Source of the DNA: Anaerolineae bacterium
Lineage (GTDB): Bacteria; Chloroflexota; Anaerolineae; Aggregatilineales; UBA3940
Direction of reading: 5' to 3'
Length of the DNA stretch: 64,000 bases
Assembly: GCA_034434995.1 (NCBI GenBank)
Contig: DAOTYF010000026.1
Location: forward strand, 3,492-67,491
Below are positions 28,388-38,083 of this stretch, piece after piece. The position numbers and the translations under genes were made by a program. Numbering within the stretch: the first letter of the stretch is position 1; the number at the start of each line of letters is the position of its first letter. The notes under the pieces were generated by a model. That model saw nothing but the letters and a program-made list of their open reading frames with translations. It made no database searches and was not told where the DNA came from.

Positions 28388-29098
28388 ATGCTTTCCCGGT
28401 GGAGACAACGCATTGGCAACCGGGGCGACCGGATTATTCCTGCAGCGGTGGGGCTTCTGCTGTTTGGAGCGATCATCTGGGGTCTTTCACGTACATCTGG
28501 GAATACACAGCCGGAGATAGTGCAGCTCACTATCGATGAAGCTATTGTTCAGATCAATGCCGGCGTACCTACCCTGGCTGCTAATTTGACCCAGACTCCA
28601 CCTATAGCGGCGTTGACCGGAGCCGCTCCGACCCTCTCACTGGGGGGGCAGCAAGAGATCCGCCAGTTCGCCGCCTCCGCAAGGGCGGATAGCCAGATCA
28701 GCGATCTGGATTGGGGTGCGATCCAGGCTGCCGGGCCACCCAACACCCCGGAGTGTGGAGACTTCCGAACCGCCTGGGCCACCGCTCAGCCAAATACCAC
28801 CGGTGTGCTGATCCTGTATTTCCCGCAGTTAGTGCGCCCTACTGCCTTGCTTGTGTATCAGACCTATAACCCTGGTTTTATCACCCAGATTGCCCTTACC
28901 GATGTGGTGGGTGAAGTACATATCCTCTACCAGGCGATACCCCAGTTAGCTGAGACGTGCCCTGCCACCCTGTATGTCCCCATCAATGGTTTGCAAGAGG
29001 GCTACGCGGGTAATGCAGTGACCATTACAATTGACCAGACTGGTGCGCCGGGCCGCACCCAGATCGATGCGGCAGAGCTGATTGGGGTCAAATACTAA
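28388..29098 (+). CDS. membrane-anchored hypothetical protein (single N-terminal TM, extracytoplasmic beta-rich domain)
   Basis: A strong SD (AGGAGG) lies 6 nt before ATG 28388. The protein begins MLSRWRQRIGNRGDRIIPAAVGLLLFGAIIWGL. The upstream part of the track ORF (28214-28387) spans the terminator and is unlikely to be coding. Confidence 0.65.
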   Translation: MLSRWRQRIGNRGDRIIPAAVGLLLFGAIIWGLSRTSGNTQPEIVQLTIDEAIVQINAGVPTLAANLTQTPPIAALTGAAPTLSLGGQQEIRQFAASARADSQISDLDWGAIQAAGPPNTPECGDFRTAWATAQPNTTGVLILYFPQLVRPTALLVYQTYNPGFITQIALTDVVGEVHILYQAIPQLAETCPATLYVPINGLQEGYAGNAVTITIDQTGAPGRTQIDAAELIGVKY

Positions 29099-29220
29099 AG
29101 CGAATCTGGAAGCATGTGCTCATGTCCCCCGCTGCACACTTTGGCAAGCAAGGGCCTATTGAAATGCACAGGCTATACAACGTATAGCGATTCAACATCC
29201 TCCCCCGGAGCAATACCAGC

Positions 29221-30660
29221 GTGCCCAGCCATACATATGACGCGGTCGTCGTAGGAGCAGGGCCGAACGGGCTGGCTGCCGCGATCACCCTTGCACAAGC
29301 AGGTTATTCGGTCCTGCTACGCGAATCGAAGGACACAGTTGGAGGAGGTGTTCGTTCTGCCGAGCTGACTCTCCCCGGCTTCCTGCATGATATCTGTTCT
29401 TCGGTCTTTGGGCTTGGCCGGGCATCCCCCTTCTTCAATAGTCTGCCGTTGGATCAGTACGAGGTGGAATGGGTTGAGTCGCCTGCTCCGTTGGCCCACC
29501 CCTTGGACGATGGAACGGCAGTCACCTTGGAAAGAGACGTTCGAGCGACCGGCGACGGGCTGGGAGGCGATGCCGCAGCCTATCGTCGGTTGGTGCAACC
29601 GCTGGTAGCAGATTGGGACAAGCTGCTGTACGAGTTTGTGGGGCCACTCCGCCTACCGCCTCACTATCCCTTTGCAATGACTCGTTTTGGCCTGTCTGCT
29701 CTACAACCTGCAGCAGGGCTAGCGCGGCTCCTTTTTCGGGAAGAACGTGCGCGCGCTCTGTTTGTAGGGCTTGGTGCTCACTCTACCATGTCTCTTCGAC
29801 GGGCTTCTACGGCGGCCTTTGGCTTGATGTTGGGCCTCGTCGCCCATGTTGTGGGATGGGTCATCCTGCGAGGTGGAGCGCAGCGCTTGGCGGATGCCCT
29901 GGCAGCCCATTTGCTATCGCTGGGCGGCGAGATCATCACTGATGCACCAGTCAATTCACTGGCTGAACTTCCACCTGCGCGCGTTGTTCTGATGGATGTG
30001 ACGCCGGCGCAGTTGTTGCGTATTGCGGGCACGCAGCTCCCTCCGGGTTACCGCCGCCGCCTGAGCCGCTATCGGTATGGGCCTGGCGTATTCAAGATAG
30101 ACTTGGCACTAGATGGGCCGATCCCATGGCAGGCGCCACAGTGCTTCCGAGCGGCCACGATCCATATCGGAGGCACGTTTGAAGAGATCGTTGAGGCGGA
30201 GGAGACTGTGTGGCGTGGCGGGCATCCCGACCGCCCCTTCGTCATCCTCGTCCAACCGACGCTGTTCGACCCTACTCGTGCTCCAGCGGACAAACACATC
30301 GTCTGGGCTTACTGCCATGTACCGCACGGCTCCCCCGTTGATATGACGGAGCGGATCGAGAAGCAAATTGAGCGATTTGCTCCGGGTTTCCGGGATCGCA
30401 TCATAGCGCGAAGCATTAGAGCGCCAAGGGACATGGAGGCGTACAACAGCAACTACATAGGTGGGGACATCAATGGCGGAGTGCAGGACCTATTCCAGCT
30501 TTTCACGCGCCCCGTGTTCCGGTTGGTTCCCTATTCGACGCCCGTCGGAGGGCTTTACCTGTGTTCCTCCTCCACGCCGCCGGGCGGTGGAGTACATGGT
30601 CTGTGTGGGTACTATGCAGCACGTGCGGCCCTGCGCGACGTGTTCAAAACGCGGATTTAA
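29221..30660 (+). CDS. FAD/NAD(P)-dependent oxidoreductase, phytoene desaturase (CrtI-like) family
   Basis: 479 aa. The dinucleotide-binding motif is YDAVVVGAGPNGLAAAITLAQAGYSVLLRE..VGGG. The C-terminal GGGVHG pattern is typical of this family. Confidence 0.8.
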   Translation: MPSHTYDAVVVGAGPNGLAAAITLAQAGYSVLLRESKDTVGGGVRSAELTLPGFLHDICSSVFGLGRASPFFNSLPLDQYEVEWVESPAPLAHPLDDGTAVTLERDVRATGDGLGGDAAAYRRLVQPLVADWDKLLYEFVGPLRLPPHYPFAMTRFGLSALQPAAGLARLLFREERARALFVGLGAHSTMSLRRASTAAFGLMLGLVAHVVGWVILRGGAQRLADALAAHLLSLGGEIITDAPVNSLAELPPARVVLMDVTPAQLLRIAGTQLPPGYRRRLSRYRYGPGVFKIDLALDGPIPWQAPQCFRAATIHIGGTFEEIVEAEETVWRGGHPDRPFVILVQPTLFDPTRAPADKHIVWAYCHVPHGSPVDMTERIEKQIERFAPGFRDRIIARSIRAPRDMEAYNSNYIGGDINGGVQDLFQLFTRPVFRLVPYSTPVGGLYLCSSSTPPGGGVHGLCGYYAARAALRDVFKTRI

Positions 30661-31331
30661 GGCTGCTCGCTGCGCCCCAGGAGAGCGGCCAACTGCGACA
30701 ACCTGGACTGATGCACGACGGCCAGGATCTCATCTGCTGGCTGAAGCACCGTGTTCCCGTGCGGCACAATGAGCTGCCCCTTGCGGAGAATCGCGACCAG
30801 GGTGCATTCGACAGGCAGGTCAAGCGACTGGACCTCCCTCCCGACTGCGAGGGAGGTCGGATCGACCTTCTCTTCCACCAGCGAGTACTCTCCTCGACGT
30901 AGTTTCAGCAGGGTCATCATGTCGCCCAGCGACATTTCCTCAAGAATCAGCTTTGCTAGGATCTCGGCCTGGTTAACAGCTACATCGACTCCCATCTCAG
31001 CAGTGAATGTCCAGGCGTTCTTTGGATTGTTGACACGGGCAATAACGCGCGGCACGTTGAACTCGAACCGGGCCAGCGTTGTAATAACTAGGTTAGCTTC
31101 GTCATTCCCCGTTACGGCAGCGAGCACATGTGCCTGGGCTATCCCGGCTGCCTCAAGCAGGTTGGGATCGCTGCCATCCCCGTGCACGAGTACCTCCCGT
31201 GGGAGTCCCTCCTGCAATCGCTCGATGACCTCCAGCCGGTTGTCTATGACTTTGAGCTGATGCCCCTCGTTTAAAAGAAGGTTGGCAAGATAGGAGCCAA
31301 CTTTCCCTCCGCCCACAATGATTACAAACAT
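30657..31331 (-). CDS. TrkA/KtrA-type RCK protein (TrkA-N plus TrkA-C)
   Basis: 224 aa with a Rossmann motif (MFVIIVGGGKVGSYLANLL) and a C-terminal TrkA-C pattern (GREVQSLDLP...VAILR.G..IVP.G.T.L...D). Confidence 0.85.
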   Translation of the reverse strand: MFVIIVGGGKVGSYLANLLLNEGHQLKVIDNRLEVIERLQEGLPREVLVHGDGSDPNLLEAAGIAQAHVLAAVTGNDEANLVITTLARFEFNVPRVIARVNNPKNAWTFTAEMGVDVAVNQAEILAKLILEEMSLGDMMTLLKLRRGEYSLVEEKVDPTSLAVGREVQSLDLPVECTLVAILRKGQLIVPHGNTVLQPADEILAVVHQSRLSQLAALLGRSEQP

Positions 31332-31350
31332 CGGGCCACCTCCCCCATGC

Positions 31351-31995
31351 CTATTCGAGCAAAGCCCTGAGCCGTTCCATTGCCGAGGACAGGACCGCTA
31401 GGTGAATGACATCCTTGGACCTAAATTCAGTACCCAGCGTCGGCAGCATGGCCTGTCCCTCGCGCGTGATCGCCACAACGCTGACTTCGCCAGGGACGCT
31501 GAGATGCTGTACCAGCCGTCCCACCAGTTGAGGCGGCGTATCCACCGCGATCAGCGCAACCTCACCGTTGCCGAAGGTCATAATCGGCGCAAGGTCAGTA
31601 TGAGAGAGCAGCTCGTAGATGCGGCGTGCTCCCCAGTGGGTAGGCGAAATGGTGATTAACCCCAGCCGCCGGTAGATTTCGGCGCGGCGCGGGTCCTGCT
31701 GCCGGGCAATCACCCGGGGCACGTGAAACACATTACGCGCGATCCGCGCCGCAATGATGTTGGCATCATCTGAGGCACTGGTTGCCACAAAAGCCTCGGC
31801 CTCCTCAATCCCAGCCTTGACCAGCACATCCCGGTCGAAACCTACCCCTCGCACGATTTGCCCCCTGAAGCTGGGGCCAAGCCGCGCGAACAAGGTCGAG
31901 TCCTGGTCGATCACCACTACCTCATGCCCATTATCGACCAAGATGCGGCTCAGTTGCGATCCCACCCGCCCGCAGCCCATGATGATGACTCTCAT
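31351..31995 (-). CDS. TrkA/KtrA-type RCK protein (TrkA-N plus TrkA-C), second paralogue
   Basis: From ATG 31995: MRVIIMGCGRVGSQLSRILVDNGHEVVVID. The start overlaps the P-type ATPase stop in ATGA (31992-31995). The longer track ORF start is unlikely. Confidence 0.85.
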   Translation of the reverse strand: MRVIIMGCGRVGSQLSRILVDNGHEVVVIDQDSTLFARLGPSFRGQIVRGVGFDRDVLVKAGIEEAEAFVATSASDDANIIAARIARNVFHVPRVIARQQDPRRAEIYRRLGLITISPTHWGARRIYELLSHTDLAPIMTFGNGEVALIAVDTPPQLVGRLVQHLSVPGEVSVVAITREGQAMLPTLGTEFRSKDVIHLAVLSSAMERLRALLE

Positions 31996-34799
31996 CGTGC
32001 GCCTCCTTCCGTTTGCTGAAGCCTCCGCATTCGTCTTATGCGTGAGGCGACTTCCTTGCGAACCCGGTCCAGGGTGTACAACACCGGCCCATAGGCTGCC
32101 AGGCCAATCCAATAGATGGCTGGCACTGGGAGGTGCTCAAATACCCTCGCCAGAGGTGGCAGGTAGATCAACGCGGCGGTGAGCATAAAACCGAAGGCGA
32201 TCCCCACCAACAACAAGCGATTGCTCAGCCATCCCAGCCGGTGGACCCCTTGCGTTTCTTTGCGGCAGGTGAAGGCATTTCCCGCCTGAGCCATCACCAC
32301 ACCGGCAAAGAAAACGGTGGTCGCTAAAACGTACACCCGTCCTGCCGGGATCGTCAATTGCTGGGCCAGATGCACCTGATCCGGGTGGGGTAAAGCGAAG
32401 AAGTCAGTATAGCCAGCGAAGTGGTACACAGTCAGGAAGCCAATGTAGCATAGAGCGGTTTCGATTCCGCCTAACCAGAGCGACCGCCCGACCAGACCCG
32501 CATCGAGCAGCGGCTTGTTGCGGGGACGAGGTGGGCGGTGCATCACTTCTGGCTCAGGCCGCTCCGCTCCCAACGCCAAGCCAGGAAGCAGGTCCGTTCC
32601 CAGATCGATGACCAGGATTTGGGCAACGGTCAGCGCCAGGGGCAACCCTGTGAGTGAGGTCAGGATGAAGGGGACAATCTCTGGTACGTTGCTGGCGAGA
32701 ATGTAGGTAATGAACTTGCGGATGTTATCATAAATGGCACGCCCTTCCTCTATGGCGCTGACAATGGCGCCGAAGTTATCATCCGTCAACACAATGTCAG
32801 CAGCCTGCCGTGCCACATCTGTCCCGCTGATGCCCATTGCTACCCCAACGTCCGCTTTGCGTAGCGCGGGGCCGTCATTGACGCCGTCGCCGCTGACTGC
32901 CACCACTTCCCCCCGGCTCTGGAATGCTGCCACAACCCTCAGCTTGTGCTCAGGCGCAACGCGAGCGAAGATGACCTCTTCGTCCAGGAGCGACTGCAAT
33001 TCCTCTTCACTCAGACTATCTACCTCGCTCCCGGTCACGATGCGTGGGTGAGGGGCGGATAACATCCCAATGCGCCGCGCCAGGGATTCGGCAGTGAGAC
33101 CGTAGTCCCCGGTGATCATGACCATTCTCAACCCGGCTGCCCGGCAAACCTGGATCGCCTGAGCGACCTCCGGGCGCGGAGGGTCCATCATGGCTACCAA
33201 TCCTAAGAATGTAAGCCCTTGTTCCACCCCTTCCACGCTGTACGGCCCACTGCGAGGGGGGAGATCGCGCTTCGCCAGCGCCAGGACGCGCAGCGCGTTC
33301 CGCGCGAAATTGTCGTTGGCAGCCACAATCGCTGCGTAGGTATCTTCATCTAACGGAACGCTTTTCCCCTGGACGAGAATGTGTGTGCAGCATTGGAGAA
33401 CTTCTTTGGGCGCGCCTTTTACGAATGCCACTTCCCCTTGGTCACTGCGATGGATGGTGCTCATGCGCTTGCGGGTGGCGTCAAAGGGCAGCTCGTGAAT
33501 ACGCGGATACGTTCTCGCCGCTGCCGATTCAGAGATACCACCTTTCAGGGCAAGAGCGCGCAGCGCGGCCTCAGTTTGATCGCCCAGGCAAGCCCAGCGC
33601 GGACGGTCGGGAGTGGGAGGGATCAACCGGGCGTTATTGCACAGGATCGCTGCCGTGAGCAGGGCCATCAGATCACCCTCAAAGGGGGAGTTGGTCGGGT
33701 CGGGCACAAACTGGCCAATAGGCTCATATCCTTCGCCGGAAACCTGGAGTTGATGACCAGCCACCCATAACTCCCGTATGGTCATCTGGTTGTGGGTGAG
33801 TGTTCCTCCCTTATCCGTGCAGATGACTGAAATCTTGCCGAGCGTTTCCATCATGGCGAGTTTCTTTACCAGCACGCCACGTCTTGCCAATCGCTCAACG
33901 GCAATGGCCAGTGAGAGAGTAACAGTAGGGCGCAATCCTTCCGGCAGCGCTGCCACAATGATGCCAATCGCCAGGATAAATGCCTCCAGGCTGGAAATGC
34001 CCACCTCCATGATCCCGACGGCGAACACCATCGCCCCAACAGCCAGCGCAAATAGGGACAGAATCCGGGTGATGCGCGTGATCTCTCGCTGAAGCGGGCT
34101 GGGTTCTTCCTGCACTTCCTGCGTTAGATTAGCGATTCGACCAATTTGGGTCAGCGCCCCAGTTGCATAGACGATTGCCCGGCCTGTGCCTGAGACAACC
34201 GACGTACCCGCGAATACGAGATTGGGGCGCTCTAAAGTTGTCAACCCCTCGCGCAGCGACGCCTCGGCTGTCTTGGCCGCAGCCACCGCCTCACCAGTCA
34301 AGGCGGCTTGGTTGGTGCGCAAGCCGTACTGTTCGATGACACGCGCGTCGGCAGGGATATTGTTGCCCTGTGCCAGCACGAGAATGTCACCAGGGACAAC
34401 GTCACTGGCTGGGATGCTCATCTCCTGTCCGCCACGGACGATATGCGCGTAGATGGGCAGGAGATGGCTCAGCGCAGCCACGGCTTGCTCAGCCCGATAT
34501 TCCTGCCAGAAGGAGAAACCGGCGTTCAGCACGACCACGATCCAGATCACACCAGTCAACGTTGGTTGCCCTGCAAACAACGCCAATAGCCCTGCTATCC
34601 ACAGCGCCAGGGCCATCGGGTATGTGACATGTACGATCAATCTGCGCCACAGCGGTGTGGTTGGTGGTTCCGGGAGCGTGTTAGGCCCGTATAGGCGCAA
34701 ACGAGCCTGTACCTCTTCGAGGGCAAGCCCGTCAGGCCGGGTCTGCATTTCCTGGAAAACTTCGGAAACGCGCAGGGCGTGGATGGGTGTAGAGGCCAT
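31992..34799 (-). CDS. P-type cation-transporting ATPase (type II-like) with a variant phosphorylation motif
   Basis: 935 aa. Motifs found are TGEA, PEGL in TM4, KGAPKEV, MITGD and GDGVNDGPALRKADVGVAMG. The phosphorylation site reads ICTDKGGTLT, confirmed codon by codon at 33801-33815, instead of DKTGT. Confidence 0.9.
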   Translation of the reverse strand: MASTPIHALRVSEVFQEMQTRPDGLALEEVQARLRLYGPNTLPEPPTTPLWRRLIVHVTYPMALALWIAGLLALFAGQPTLTGVIWIVVVLNAGFSFWQEYRAEQAVAALSHLLPIYAHIVRGGQEMSIPASDVVPGDILVLAQGNNIPADARVIEQYGLRTNQAALTGEAVAAAKTAEASLREGLTTLERPNLVFAGTSVVSGTGRAIVYATGALTQIGRIANLTQEVQEEPSPLQREITRITRILSLFALAVGAMVFAVGIMEVGISSLEAFILAIGIIVAALPEGLRPTVTLSLAIAVERLARRGVLVKKLAMMETLGKISVICTDKGGTLTHNQMTIRELWVAGHQLQVSGEGYEPIGQFVPDPTNSPFEGDLMALLTAAILCNNARLIPPTPDRPRWACLGDQTEAALRALALKGGISESAAARTYPRIHELPFDATRKRMSTIHRSDQGEVAFVKGAPKEVLQCCTHILVQGKSVPLDEDTYAAIVAANDNFARNALRVLALAKRDLPPRSGPYSVEGVEQGLTFLGLVAMMDPPRPEVAQAIQVCRAAGLRMVMITGDYGLTAESLARRIGMLSAPHPRIVTGSEVDSLSEEELQSLLDEEVIFARVAPEHKLRVVAAFQSRGEVVAVSGDGVNDGPALRKADVGVAMGISGTDVARQAADIVLTDDNFGAIVSAIEEGRAIYDNIRKFITYILASNVPEIVPFILTSLTGLPLALTVAQILVIDLGTDLLPGLALGAERPEPEVMHRPPRPRNKPLLDAGLVGRSLWLGGIETALCYIGFLTVYHFAGYTDFFALPHPDQVHLAQQLTIPAGRVYVLATTVFFAGVVMAQAGNAFTCRKETQGVHRLGWLSNRLLLVGIAFGFMLTAALIYLPPLARVFEHLPVPAIYWIGLAAYGPVLYTLDRVRKEVASRIRRMRRLQQTEGGAR

Positions 34800-34873
34800 C
34801 TCTTAGAAGGGTAAGATCATGGTGGGGGGAGAGTCACCTTAGTTATGCCGAGAGCAACCTTTACATCCGCCGC

Positions 34874-36691
34874 TCAGGATGTTGTTCCAGCCTCTTTTGG
34901 GGACCCGGCTGGATGCGGTTTGGCTTCCGTATCGTTCTTGACGTACTGCTCAAGCAGGGACGGTGCTTCTGGGTGATCGACGTGCAGAGCATGGTCGTAG
35001 TCCCCGGCGGGGGCGGGCGGCTCGTAGCGCAGAGGGCGATATACGCCAAGCAGCTCGTAGAAACGGGCAACCGCCACCAGGATGGCGTAGCGGTACTCCT
35101 GGGCTTTGAGAGCCTGCCACTCTACAATTGAGGCCATTGCCCCCTGGGCACGCGCCTTCTCGCGCACAATGCGATGAATCTGACCCGGGTCGCGATAGCC
35201 GATGGGGGAGATCAGGATCATGTGTGCCGTGAGCGCAAGGACACAGAACGAGATCAAGACGATCCAGCCACCTTCTGCCCACTTCCCGACGATCTGCCCG
35301 ACGAAAATGGTCGCACCTAGGGCGGTGGCGAAAGTTGCGCCAGCCAAGCCCCACTTGCGCTTGTTCCCCTCATAGTTATGGATGACATGCTGCCGGATCG
35401 CCATGCCCATCACCGTTAATGGCAGGAACACACCTACCCCGTAGAAAGGAATGGCCGCCGTTGTTCGGCCCCGCACCAGCAGCATGATCAGAACGGCAAG
35501 CGCGTACGAGATATTGACCGAGCGGGTGAATGTGCCACGCATGTCACGATAGACAATGTATTCCGGCACCTCCCCCACTGCGACATTTCGCCAGGCCGTA
35601 GCCTGCAGATCCTGGAAGGCGGTCATGGAGGCGGCGGCTAGCAGAGCAACCGCCAGAAGCTGGTAGGCCCAGAACAAGACCATCCCGCCGGGTACTTGTG
35701 TGAAGCCAATATGGGCTAGGTTGCCGACCAGTGTTCGGCCCAATGTCCCGTCGAACACATTGAAGCGCAGCGCAAAGGCGGAGAGAAACAGCGTTGTGAG
35801 GCCGCCGTAGAACAGAAAGGCAGTCTGTACGAAGCGGCCAATGCCGGATTTGCCACTGTAGAACTGCCACAGCCAGTTGAGGCGCGGCAGGCGCCTCTTG
35901 CCCCACTTGACGATGGCTGCATCTTCGTTGATGATGAACTGGATACCATCTGATATGGCCTCGAGACCAGTGAGGGCCACCATGCCTTTCATGGAGGCCG
36001 TTAGCAGGTGCATCAGTGCTGTGCCCAGCGAGGCGGCTTCGGGCGCTCGATCAGCCGGAACAGCGGGCACACCCTGGGTATGGGCTATCAATAGACCCAC
36101 AAACATGATCAGGGTCAGCCCGGCGAAGATGCCCAGCATCGTGAACACCACCAGGGCGGATTCCCCGCGCCCCCGGGTAGTCAACCACCAGGTAACAGTT
36201 GCCAGCGCAACCCCCAGGAGAAAATGCCAGAACCAGTTGGCATTATACGCATTCAGTATCGAGAGCAGTTGATCTCCGCCTGAGAGCGCCGACACAACAA
36301 TAGTTAGGATGTAGTCCTGGATCAGAGTCACAGCGACGAGCAGGCTCAATCCAGGGGAGAGATAGCGCATGGCTGCGGTAAACGAGCCACCACCCTCGTT
36401 GAAAACGCCCAGCGAGTACATGTACAGGCCGCCTAGCACCAGGTTTGCCAGGGCAATGACGGCTACGGCGATGTAAGCATACCTTTGTAGCCCGTATGGG
36501 TGTAAAGCGCTCATCATCTCGCCAGTGGCGTAGAAGTAGGATGTGAAGTAGTCCACACCAAACAGGGCCACTGCTGCGAGGAGCCCGATCTGCCCCGCGC
36601 CGTGCACATGGGCATCTTCCTCTTTCTCTCGCGGTGCGGCCTTATACGAGATGGCAACGATAACGGCCAGAAGGATGATAGACAGCCACAT
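34874..36691 (-). CDS. APC-superfamily permease with a cytoplasmic C-terminal extension
   Basis: From ATG 36691 there are about 12 TM helices. The pattern FGVDYFTSYFYATGEMM ... VFNEGGGSFTAAMRYL resembles APC/amino-acid-polyamine permeases and loosely resembles KimA-type K+ transporters. The substrate cannot be called. Confidence 0.7.
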   Translation of the reverse strand: MWLSIILLAVIVAISYKAAPREKEEDAHVHGAGQIGLLAAVALFGVDYFTSYFYATGEMMSALHPYGLQRYAYIAVAVIALANLVLGGLYMYSLGVFNEGGGSFTAAMRYLSPGLSLLVAVTLIQDYILTIVVSALSGGDQLLSILNAYNANWFWHFLLGVALATVTWWLTTRGRGESALVVFTMLGIFAGLTLIMFVGLLIAHTQGVPAVPADRAPEAASLGTALMHLLTASMKGMVALTGLEAISDGIQFIINEDAAIVKWGKRRLPRLNWLWQFYSGKSGIGRFVQTAFLFYGGLTTLFLSAFALRFNVFDGTLGRTLVGNLAHIGFTQVPGGMVLFWAYQLLAVALLAAASMTAFQDLQATAWRNVAVGEVPEYIVYRDMRGTFTRSVNISYALAVLIMLLVRGRTTAAIPFYGVGVFLPLTVMGMAIRQHVIHNYEGNKRKWGLAGATFATALGATIFVGQIVGKWAEGGWIVLISFCVLALTAHMILISPIGYRDPGQIHRIVREKARAQGAMASIVEWQALKAQEYRYAILVAVARFYELLGVYRPLRYEPPAPAGDYDHALHVDHPEAPSLLEQYVKNDTEAKPHPAGSPKEAGTTS

Positions 36692-36713
36692 AATAAAGAA
36701 TATCCTGGAGCAA

Positions 36714-37889
36714 TTAACGAACAGACATGACCGGGGACTGAAATGCCTGCCCCAGCACAGCAAGTTCCTCTAAGAGGTATTTCCGCGTTGAGGGGCTGAG
36801 GCGAGTATCCTGGGCAACCTTCGCTTGTTCCCCCAGCGCGGCCCGTACCACGAACGCGGGCACAAACATGATTCGCCCGGCAGGGATCACCTGGAAATGG
36901 TGCATCTTGATAACCAGGTCTTGGTCATCAAAGTAGGGCAGACTCAGGCTCAACCCGCGATTCAACTCACCCGCCGCTGCGCGCTGTTTAATTGTGTTGA
37001 TGATCTCGCCAGTTACGTAGCGGGCCAGAGCGCGGCCCTGGTTCACGAGTTGGCCTAGGATGCCGTAGCGTTTCCGCTGATATTCCTGGTCCGCAACCAT
37101 GTATGGAGCGAGAGCGACGGCATGGTGCAGGATGGCGAGGAAGCGCTGCATTGAACCAATGTGCGCTTCAGCCTCCTGCACCGAACCTACCAGCAGGCGA
37201 CCTTCGTCGTCGAAAGGCACCCATTGGGGCAGATAGAAGCGCCGGGCCGCAGGCACGTAGGGGACGATAAGTTCACCTCGGCCTTCTTCCGCCTGATCCT
37301 CTGCGGTGACCGCGTCCGTATCCGCCGTGATCGCTGACGCAGGCTCATCGGCCTCCTCGATAGGGATCGTTGGGATTTCCTCATCTTCCAGCGCGATGTA
37401 CTGGACCGAGCGGCCAGCGGGCAGCATCTCGTAGATCATGTGTGCCGCGATGGCATACCGTATCAGCGCTGCACTGATCGCAACAGCCTGCTCCGGCGAC
37501 CCCTCCAGTTCAGTCAGCCGATGCCGGAACACTGTGCGGATGTCCGATCCCGTCAGCCCATCCAACAATCCACCTGCCATCTGTTCCCGATACTGTTGCG
37601 GCACGGCCACGGCCTCTGGCGCTGTGCTTGCATCGATCACCGGTGTCAGGATCACCTGGTCGGGCAGTTTGAAGCGGATCGGTGAGAGATGCTGAATCAG
37701 CGCCTCGGCTAGAGAGCGTGCCTGCACTTGCAGAAAATGCCTGACCATCGGCGGCTGGGCCTCGAATAGAGCCTTCTGGAAGTCATATTCTGGCTGTAGC
37801 GGGTTGACTAGCGCTTCAGCAGGATTCCGGCTTGTCTCATGCATCGAGTCGAGACCGGCTCTCTTGTGCATTGTGGATTGGTTTCCCAT
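36714..37889 (-). CDS. hypothetical cytoplasmic protein, first gene of the cation-transport operon
   Basis: About 391 aa with no recognisable motif and an acidic low-complexity centre (EDEEIPTIPIEEADEPASAITADTDAVTAEDQAEEG). It lies 22 nt upstream of the APC permease gene. ATG 37889 has AAGG upstream; GTG 37895 is an alternative start. Confidence 0.55.
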   Translation of the reverse strand: MGNQSTMHKRAGLDSMHETSRNPAEALVNPLQPEYDFQKALFEAQPPMVRHFLQVQARSLAEALIQHLSPIRFKLPDQVILTPVIDASTAPEAVAVPQQYREQMAGGLLDGLTGSDIRTVFRHRLTELEGSPEQAVAISAALIRYAIAAHMIYEMLPAGRSVQYIALEDEEIPTIPIEEADEPASAITADTDAVTAEDQAEEGRGELIVPYVPAARRFYLPQWVPFDDEGRLLVGSVQEAEAHIGSMQRFLAILHHAVALAPYMVADQEYQRKRYGILGQLVNQGRALARYVTGEIINTIKQRAAAGELNRGLSLSLPYFDDQDLVIKMHHFQVIPAGRIMFVPAFVVRAALGEQAKVAQDTRLSPSTRKYLLEELAVLGQAFQSPVMSVR

Positions 37890-38083
37890 ACACACCTTCT
37901 GACGAAAAGGCTACAAGCAGCAGCTCATAGTGCGCGATACCTCAGGACATCGCGCAGCCGCCGCTGCTGCTCAGACATATCTATAATATTGTACCTCTCA
38001 CCAAACCTAAGGGAGTATATCGCACCACCTGAGAGTGTATCTATTTACTGTAGCATGACAGCCGCGCTTCTTTCTGACTTCGG

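Noticed and set aside
37896-38083. Possible c-di-AMP (ydaO/kimA-type) riboswitch upstream of the K+-related operon
   Set aside because: I looked on the minus strand for the conserved ydaO-motif elements as I remember them (GGGGTGAATC-like and CAGCTAACC-like blocks, pseudo-twofold ACGGGGA/CCGA repeats) and found none. Only a generic compound hairpin is present.
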